Shown in pieces: positions 57,653-64,000 of a stretch of 64,000 nt of DNA. The position numbers were made by a program, and so were the translations under genes. Source of the DNA: Terriglobia bacterium (lineage in GTDB: Bacteria; Acidobacteriota; Polarisedimenticolia; Polarisedimenticolales; JAIQFR01); assembly GCA_963748015.1 (NCBI GenBank), contig CAVVHE010000004.1, positions 1,056,001 through 1,120,000 on the forward strand, written 5' to 3'. The notes beneath the pieces were generated by a model. The model did not search any database. It had not been told where the DNA came from and worked only from the letters and a program-made list of their open reading frames with translations. The first letter of the stretch is position 1, and each line of letters begins with the position of its first letter.

Positions 57653-60327
57653 TTTGGTGGCTTCCTCTCCCGGATCGCCTGGAAGGCGCGAGCGAGCGCT
57701 TCGACCGCCAACGCCTCGTCGAGCTTCGAGGGGTCCTTTCCCCCCGCCTCGGCGAGATCCTTCTTGCCGCCTCCTCCGCCGCCGACGACCTTCGCCAGCT
57801 CGCGAACGACGTCGCCCGCGGGGAGCGAGTCCTCGATGTCGCGCGTCACGGTCACCAGGAGGTACGCCTTGGCGCCGTCGGCGCGTCCGATCACCACGCA
57901 TCCCGACCCGAGCTTCTGTCGCAGCTCGTCCGCGAGGACTCTCGCCTCCTGGGGCGACAGACCGTCGGCGCGGGCGGCCACGACCCTCACTCCACCTACA
58001 ATCTGGGGACTGGAAGCCCTCTCGGCAAGCTCGAGCCGCGCGGCGCGGATCCGCTGGTGTTCCAGCTCGCGCTGGAGCGCTTTTGCGTGCTCGATACGCT
58101 TTTGTAATTCGGCCACGACCGACTCGCTCGGCACCGCGAGCAGCTCCTCGAGCGCCTTCACGAGTCGGTGCTCCTCGCGGAAACGGGCGAGGGACCCTTC
58201 GCCGGTGACCGCCTCGATGCGGCGCGTCCCGGAGGCGATCCCACGCTCCTGCACGATCTTCACGAGGCCGATCTCGCCCGACCTCGCGCAGTGCGTGCCG
58301 CCGCACAGCTCCGTCGAGAATTCTCCCACTCGGACCACGCGGACCCGCTCCCCGTACTTCTCGCCGAACAGCGCCATCGCACCGGTCCGAAGCGCGTCGT
58401 CGAGCTCCATCTCCTCCGAGCCCACGGGGAGGTCCGCCAGGACCTTCCGATTCATCAGCGACTCGATGTCCTCGAGCGCCCTGTCGGTCAGCGGCGCGAA
58501 GTGGCTGAAGTCGAAGCGGAGCCGGTCGGGCGCGACGAGCGATCCCGCCTGCTTGACGTGCGTCCCGACCACCTCGCGCAGGGCGGCGTGAAGGAGGTGC
58601 GTCGCCGTGTGATTCCGCCGGATCGCCGCGCGCCGCCCCTCGTCGACCTCCGCGACGACCCTGTCGCCCGCGGCGATACCTCCCGTCTCGGCCCGGACGC
58701 GATGCGCGACGATCCCCTCGGAAGGCCGGTACGCTCCGAGGACGCGCACCCGGGCGGAAGGCGAGATCAGCCAGCCGGTGTCGCCGACCTGGCCGCCCGA
58801 CTCTCCGTAGAACGGCGTGCTCTCGAGAAGGACCTCTCCCTCTTCTCCCTCCCCGATCGCCCGGACGGCGCCGCCGGCGGCGAGCGTCGCCACGACCGGG
58901 ACGTCTTCCGCCCGGGTCGACCGGTATCCGAGGAAGGCGCTCCGCGCTTGTCCCGCGAGCGCCCCCCAGGCGTGCGCCTGCTCCTGGCGCCCCTGTCCCT
59001 TCCACGACGCCTGCGCCCGGGCGCGCTGCCCCGCCATCTCGCGATCGAACCCCTCCATGTCGAGGACGATCGAGCGCTCCTCGGCGATGTCCTGCGCGAG
59101 ATCGAGGGGAAGGCCGAAGGTGTCGTAGAGGCGGAAGAGCTCCTCGCCCGGGAGGGTCCTCGCTCCCTCGCCGAGGCCCGCGATCGAACGCTCGAGAATC
59201 TCGATCCCCGCGGTCACCGTCTCGGCGAACCGCTCCTCCTCGCGGCGCGCGACCTCGAGGATCGCGTCGTTCGCGGCCACGAGCTCGGGGTAGACGGCGG
59301 AGAGGGTGTCGAGGACCGCCGGCGTGACCTCGTGGAGGAACGGTTCCCGGATCCCGAGCTTCAGGCCGTGCCGGATCGCCCGGCGCAGCACGCGCCGGAG
59401 CACGTAGCCCCGCTTGTCGTTGGCCGGGACGACGCCGTCCGCGACGAGGAAACAGAGCGCTCGGGCGTGATCGGCGATCACCCGCAGCGAGAAGTCCGCC
59501 TCGCCTCCCGCGCCGTAACGAATCTTCGCGCGCTTCGCCGCCGCGGCGAGGATCGGGGAGAACAGATCGGTGTCGTAGTTGCTGCGCTTCCCCTGGAGCA
59601 CCGCCACGATGCGCTCGAGGCCCATGCCCGTGTCGATGCTCGGCGCGGGGAGCGGCGCGTAGCTGCCGTCGTCCCCCTGCTCGAACTGCATGAACACGAG
59701 GTTCCAGATCTCGACGTAGCGCCGGTCGTCGGTGGCCGGGGTGGACTCCCCCGCGACCGAGGCGAGATCCTCGCCGAGGTCGAAGTGGATCTCGCTGCAG
59801 GGCCCGCACGGGCCCGTGTCGCCCATCCGCCAGAAGTTCTCCTTCTCTCCGAGGCGAAGGATCCGGCCGGGATTCACCCCCATCTCGTCGCGCCAGAGCG
59901 CCGCGGCCTCCTCGTCGGCCGAAACTCCCTCCGACCCGCCGAAGACCGTGACCCACAGCCGCTCCGCGGGAATGCCGTAGACCTTCGTGACGAGCTCCCA
60001 CGCGAAGGCGACCGCCTCGCGCTTGAAGTAGTCGCCGAAGGAGAAGTTACCGAGCATCTCGAAGAAGGTGTGGTGGCGCGGCGTGCGGCCGACCTGCTCC
60101 AGGTCGTTGTGCTTTCCGGAGACCCTCAGGCACTTCTGCGAGGAGGTCGCGCGCGCGTAGTCGCGCTTCTCCCGGCCCGTGAACGTGTCCTTGAACTGGT
60201 TCATCCCCGCATTCGCGAACAGCAGGGTCGGATCGTTGGGAAGGACCAGCGGGGAGGAGGGCACGATCCGGTGCCCCCGGGACGCGAAGAACTCGAGGAA
60301 CGCTTGTCGGGTCTCGGCCGAAGTCAT
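57649..60327 (-). CDS. alaS: Alanine--tRNA ligase
   Basis: [53 protein letters not shown]. Confidence 0.99.
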   Translation of the reverse strand: MTSAETRQAFLEFFASRGHRIVPSSPLVLPNDPTLLFANAGMNQFKDTFTGREKRDYARATSSQKCLRVSGKHNDLEQVGRTPRHHTFFEMLGNFSFGDYFKREAVAFAWELVTKVYGIPAERLWVTVFGGSEGVSADEEAAALWRDEMGVNPGRILRLGEKENFWRMGDTGPCGPCSEIHFDLGEDLASVAGESTPATDDRRYVEIWNLVFMQFEQGDDGSYAPLPAPSIDTGMGLERIVAVLQGKRSNYDTDLFSPILAAAAKRAKIRYGAGGEADFSLRVIADHARALCFLVADGVVPANDKRGYVLRRVLRRAIRHGLKLGIREPFLHEVTPAVLDTLSAVYPELVAANDAILEVARREEERFAETVTAGIEILERSIAGLGEGARTLPGEELFRLYDTFGLPLDLAQDIAEERSIVLDMEGFDREMAGQRARAQASWKGQGRQEQAHAWGALAGQARSAFLGYRSTRAEDVPVVATLAAGGAVRAIGEGEEGEVLLESTPFYGESGGQVGDTGWLISPSARVRVLGAYRPSEGIVAHRVRAETGGIAAGDRVVAEVDEGRRAAIRRNHTATHLLHAALREVVGTHVKQAGSLVAPDRLRFDFSHFAPLTDRALEDIESLMNRKVLADLPVGSEEMELDDALRTGAMALFGEKYGERVRVVRVGEFSTELCGGTHCARSGEIGLVKIVQERGIASGTRRIEAVTGEGSLARFREEHRLVKALEELLAVPSESVVAELQKRIEHAKALQRELEHQRIRAARLELAERASSPQIVGGVRVVAARADGLSPQEARVLADELRQKLGSGCVVIGRADGAKAYLLVTVTRDIEDSLPAGDVVRELAKVVGGGGGGKKDLAEAGGKDPSKLDEALAVEALARAFQAIRERKPPK

Positions 60328-60392
60328 GGCGATCGGTCCTCTTCTTTTCGTGGCGTTGGGACCGCCCGGTGCCGGGCCGGGCCGGTCGGGAG

Positions 60393-60881
60393 TCAGGACT
60401 CGAGGTCGGCGCGGTACCGCTCGAGCGCCGCCTCGACGTCTCCAGGCTCGAATCCGGCGCGGAGCAGCGCATTATACACGCGGGCGTAACCCCGCCGGTC
60501 GAGCGCGCCCCCCTCCGCCGCCGCGCGCCGCGCAGCCTCCCGGGCGAGCAGGGCCTTCGGATCGAGATCCCCCGCACCGACGACCTCGTCCCAGGCCCGC
60601 TCCGCGACGCCGGCGTCCACGCCCCGGCGCACGAGCTCGCCGACCAGCCGCTCGCGCCCGTGCCCGAGCCGCTCCGTGCGCGTGAGGAGGTAGTGGGACG
60701 CGAGCTTGGCATCGTCCAGCACGCCGGAGGCCGTCAGCCTCTCGACCGCCGCCTCGGCGTCGGACGGCTCGCAGCCCCCCGCGACGAGCTTCTTCCGCAC
60801 CTCCGCCCGCGTCAGGGGCCGGCGGGACACGAGCGCAAGGGCCCTCTCGAACGCCGACTCCCCGCGATTCCCGGCTGGCAT
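60393..60881 (-). CDS. recX: Regulatory protein RecX
   Basis: ALALVSRRPLTRAEVRKKL...LDDAKLA...LVRRGV...LLRAGF; upstream of alaS. Confidence 0.85.
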   Translation of the reverse strand: MPAGNRGESAFERALALVSRRPLTRAEVRKKLVAGGCEPSDAEAAVERLTASGVLDDAKLASHYLLTRTERLGHGRERLVGELVRRGVDAGVAERAWDEVVGAGDLDPKALLAREAARRAAAEGGALDRRGYARVYNALLRAGFEPGDVEAALERYRADLES

Positions 60882-60973
60882 GCAGGCAATCCTAGTACGG
60901 GGAGGCGCGGGATCGCAGCGGAATTCTTGCCCTTGGCCGCCGACTTTGAAACCGCACGGTGGGGACAAGGCAC

Positions 60974-61062
60974 GGGGTCGGACGTTACAGCCTCAACACC
61001 TCGCTCGATCGGTCGTCGTGCCGGCCGGTAGACGAGGTGTTACGTCTGTAACGTCCGACCCC
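60974..61062. repeat. REP/MITE-like hairpin between pilT and recX
   Basis: 17-bp perfect inverted repeat GGGGTCGGACGTTACAG / CTGTAACGTCCGACCCC plus an inner 9-bp AACACCTCG / CGAGGTGTT stem. Confidence 0.75.
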
Positions 61063-61065
61063 AGC

Positions 61066-62241
61066 TCATGACTTCGAAAACACGAACGGCGAGTCCACGC
61101 CTCCGCCCCTCGCGGAGGACTCCGAGGACTGCAGGGTCCGCTCCATCTCCTCGTGCGCGATGTCCGAGGTGGACTGGATGCCGGCGACCTTGAGCTTGAA
61201 CTCGTCCGGGTTCGACGCCTGGCGAAGGGCCTCCTCGAGCGAGATCAGGTCGCTCTTGTACAGGCGGTAGAGCGACTGGTCGAAGGTCTGCATTCCGTAC
61301 TGCGAGGTGCCCGCGGCGATCGCGTCGTGGATCAGCTTGGTCTTTTCCTTGTTCTCGACGCAGTCCCGGATGTACGCGGTGGAGCGCAGGACCTCGACGG
61401 CCGGAACGCGCCCTCGGCCGTCGGCGCGGGGCACGAGGCGCATCGAGACGATGGACCTCAAGACCGCGGCGAGCTGGAGCCGGACCTGCTTCTGCTGGTG
61501 GGGCGGGAAGACGGAGATGATCCGGTTCACGGTCTCGGTGGCGTCGAGGGTATGAAGGGTGGACAGGACCAGGTGCCCGGTCTCGGCGGCGGTGAGCGCC
61601 GTCTCGATCGTCTCGTAGTCCCGCATCTCGCCCACCAGGATCACGTCCGGATCCTGCCGCAGCGCGGAGCGGAGCGCCGTCGCGAACGAGCGGGTATCCA
61701 CCTCGACCTCGCGCTGGTTGACGAGGCTCTTCTTGTCGCGGTGGAGGAACTCGATCGGGTCCTCGATCGTCATGATGTGCTCGGTGCGCGTCGTGTTGAT
61801 GTAGTCGATGAGCGCTGCGAGCGAGGTGGACTTGCCGGATCCGGTCGTACCGGTCACCAGGACGAGTCCGCGCCGCTCGGCTCCGATCTGCTCGAGCACC
61901 TGGGGCAGGAGGAGGTCGCGAATCGTGAGGATCTTCACCGGAATGACGCGGAGGACGAGCCCGACGGTTCCGCGCTGCTGGAAGACGCTGCACCGGAACC
62001 GGCCGAGTCCCGGGACCGAGTAGGCCATGTCGATCTCGAAGTAGTCCTTGAACCGCTGCTTCTGGCGGGCGCTCATGATGCTGAAGGCCATCGCGATGGT
62101 GTCCTCCTGCATCAGGCGCTTGTGGTCCGCCATCGGTAGCAGACGTCCGTCGACTCGGATCACGGGGTGGCTGCCGACCTTCAGGTGGAGGTCGGATGCG
62201 CCCTGATCGGTGGCGATCTTCAGCAGGTCGTTGATGTGCAC
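61066..62241 (-). CDS. pilT: Type IV pilus twitching motility ATPase PilT/PilU
   Basis: ASDLHL, GTTGSGKST, TIEDPIE, ALRQDPDVILVGEMRD, GMQTFDQSL; GTG start after GAGGAG. Confidence 0.93.
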   Translation of the reverse strand: MHINDLLKIATDQGASDLHLKVGSHPVIRVDGRLLPMADHKRLMQEDTIAMAFSIMSARQKQRFKDYFEIDMAYSVPGLGRFRCSVFQQRGTVGLVLRVIPVKILTIRDLLLPQVLEQIGAERRGLVLVTGTTGSGKSTSLAALIDYINTTRTEHIMTIEDPIEFLHRDKKSLVNQREVEVDTRSFATALRSALRQDPDVILVGEMRDYETIETALTAAETGHLVLSTLHTLDATETVNRIISVFPPHQQKQVRLQLAAVLRSIVSMRLVPRADGRGRVPAVEVLRSTAYIRDCVENKEKTKLIHDAIAAGTSQYGMQTFDQSLYRLYKSDLISLEEALRQASNPDEFKLKVAGIQSTSDIAHEEMERTLQSSESSARGGGVDSPFVFSKS

Positions 62242-62365
62242 GACGACTCCTCGCTGCCGCGAAGGCAACCGACGGCCGGAATACGGCCCGTCCTTTCTGG
62301 GCTGAATCTAGGTACCGCACCGCCGGGAGTCAAATCGGCGCACGCTCGCAGCGAGCCGGAGCTCA

Positions 62366-62442
62366 CGGCTCGCCCCGGCTGAATGCGTTCGGAGACAGCC
62401 CTTTTTCGGGCTGGCGAGAACGCATTCAGCCGGGGCGAGCCG
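62366..62442. repeat. Long hairpin (25-bp perfect inverted repeat) downstream of ilvE; terminator or REP-like
   Basis: 62366-62390 is the reverse complement of 62418-62442; inner CAGCCC/GGGCTG stem. Confidence 0.75.
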
Positions 62443-62484
62443 AGGGCCCGACTGGGGTCGACTCCGGACGCGCTCGCGGAGGGC

Positions 62485-63405
62485 CTAGACGGGCTCGAGC
62501 CAGCCGTGGCGGTCGTCGGCCTCGCCGGAGAGGATCGCGCGGAACGCCGCCTCGATCCGCTTGGTCACCGGACCGGGCCGGCCGGGCCCGACCTCGATGC
62601 GGTCCACGCTCCGCACCGGCGTGATCTCGACGGCGGTCCCGGTGAAGAACAGCTCGTCGGCCAGATAGAGCGCCTCGCGGGGGACCCGATCCTCCACGAC
62701 CTCGAGGGCCATCTCCCGGGCCAGGACGATCACGCTCGCGCGCGTGATGCCGGGAAGAACGGAGGCGCCGAGCGGCGGGGTCGCGATCTTCCCGTCGCGC
62801 ACGAGGAACAGGTTCTCGCCCGACCCCTCGCTCACGTAGCCCTGGGTGTCGAGCGCGATCCCCTCGGCGAAGCCGTTCGCGAGCGCCTCCATCTTGATGA
62901 GCTGGGAATTCGCGTAGTTGGCCCCGGCCTTCGCCATCGCGGGAAGCGTGTTGGGCGCCAGGCGCGTCCACGACGAGACCTGAACGTCCACGCCCCGCTC
63001 GAGGGCCTCCGCGCCGAGATAGGCACCCCAGCCCCAGACCGCGATCGCCACGTCGACCGGGCAGCCCTGTGGGTTCAGCCCCACGTCGCCGTAGCCGCGA
63101 AAGGCCACCGGGCGGATGTAGCACGCGCGGAAGCCGTTCGCTTTCACGGTCTCGAGGCAAGCCGCCACGATCTGATCCACCGAGTACGGGATCGGCATCC
63201 GATAGATCTTCGCGGAATCGAACAGCCGCCTCACGTGCTCCCGGAGGCGGAACACCGCGGGCCCTCGCTTGGTGTCGTAGCAGCGGATCCCCTCGAACAC
63301 CGAGGACCCGTAGTGGACGACGTGGGAGAGGACGTGGATCCGCGCCTCGTCCCAGGGCATGAGCTTGCCGTTCATCCAGATGAGCTTGCTGGGCGTGAAA
63401 GCCAT
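62485..63405 (-). CDS. ilvE: Branched-chain amino acid aminotransferase
   Basis: [46 protein letters not shown] at 63461-63466 upstream. Confidence 0.96.
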   Translation of the reverse strand: MAFTPSKLIWMNGKLMPWDEARIHVLSHVVHYGSSVFEGIRCYDTKRGPAVFRLREHVRRLFDSAKIYRMPIPYSVDQIVAACLETVKANGFRACYIRPVAFRGYGDVGLNPQGCPVDVAIAVWGWGAYLGAEALERGVDVQVSSWTRLAPNTLPAMAKAGANYANSQLIKMEALANGFAEGIALDTQGYVSEGSGENLFLVRDGKIATPPLGASVLPGITRASVIVLAREMALEVVEDRVPREALYLADELFFTGTAVEITPVRSVDRIEVGPGRPGPVTKRIEAAFRAILSGEADDRHGWLEPV

Positions 63406-63486
63406 CGGGCCTCCGAGGCCGGGCGGACCGGCGACGATCTGGTGCGGGCGACGAGCGGCGATTATAGGGAAGCGCGGCCCGGCGCT

Positions 63487-64000
63487 TCAAGCGCGTCGCG
63501 CGGGCCCCAGATCGTCCCAGGCGTGGAGCACGAGGGCCGCGGCGATCGCCCCCGCCGTCTCGGTGCGGAGCGTCCTCGGACCGAGACCGGCCGCGAGCCA
63601 TCCCGCCGCCTCGAACGCCGCCGCTTCGTCCGGATCGAGACCCCCTTCCGGACCCACCAGGAGCCAGACCGCCCCCGGCTTCGGGCCCGCGAGATGCTCT
63701 CCGAGCGGACGCGCCCCGGGCGCGGTGTCGAGCCAGAGCGCGCAGGTGCCGTCGGGGGGTGGCGGCACCTCGTCCACCGGCTCGGCGACCGCCGGAACCA
63801 CCCGGCGACCGCTCTGCTTCGCCGCCTCGAGGGCGACCCGCCCGAAACGCTTCATCCGCTCGGCGGAGGGAGCCGGAACCTCGGAGCGCCGCGCGGCGAA
63901 GGGACGGATGGCGGCGAGACCGACCTCCGTCCCCTTCTGGATCAGCCATTCCATCCGCTCGGGACGGCAGAGGGCCTGGTACAGCACGACCTCGAGGAGC
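63487..64000 (-). CDS. rsmE: 16S rRNA m3U1498 methyltransferase (5' end outside the window)
   Basis: QKGTEVG, EAAKQSGR, VGPEGG, LGPRTLRTETA. Confidence 0.95.
   Translation of the reverse strand, partial: LLEVVLYQALCRPERMEWLIQKGTEVGLAAIRPFAARRSEVPAPSAERMKRFGRVALEAAKQSGRRVVPAVAEPVDEVPPPPDGTCALWLDTAPGARPLGEHLAGPKPGAVWLLVGPEGGLDPDEAAAFEAAGWLAAGLGPRTLRTETAGAIAAALVLHAWDDLGPARRA

Overview
A very GC-rich bacterial chromosome segment (about 70% or more by eye), with most genes on the minus strand. Gene content and style suggest Acidobacteriota or a similar diderm; this is inference. The right half is largely housekeeping: rsmE, ilvE, pilT, recX, alaS, pgsA/plsC/thpR/plsY/gpsA, ftsY, ribD/E/BA, ffh-rpsP-khpA-rimM-trmD-rplS, PBP1A, uvrB/uvrC and ispA. 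The left half is an accessory envelope and peptide-modification region. The main result is a 37-codon ORF below the ORF-track cutoff (15913-16026, minus, MKKSYERPAIVHTEKLEARALACSKADASCGAGPIQS). It has a strong RBS, a YxxP RRE-binding-type leader and a two-Cys core. It lies directly between a PqqD/RRE + radical SAM pair and a large secreted gingipain-family (C25) peptidase, so it is a candidate RiPP precursor for a SynChlorMet-like radical SAM system. Three plausible partner genes (an S24/S26-like domain fused to a methyltransferase, and two HprK-related P-loop proteins) sit about 10 kb away, between uvrB and uvrC. Other notable items: a strongly expressed two-gene operon of secreted proteins, two TMTC-like glycosyltransferases, an ECF sigma factor with a displaced anti-sigma candidate, a pair of long hairpin elements with compensatory changes between uvrB and PBP1A, several apparent pseudo-enzymes, and an HTH-TPR (RRNPP-like) regulator. 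The first ~6 kb carries many single-base frameshifts that look like sequencing or assembly indels. No rRNA, tRNA, CRISPR array or transposase was recognised.
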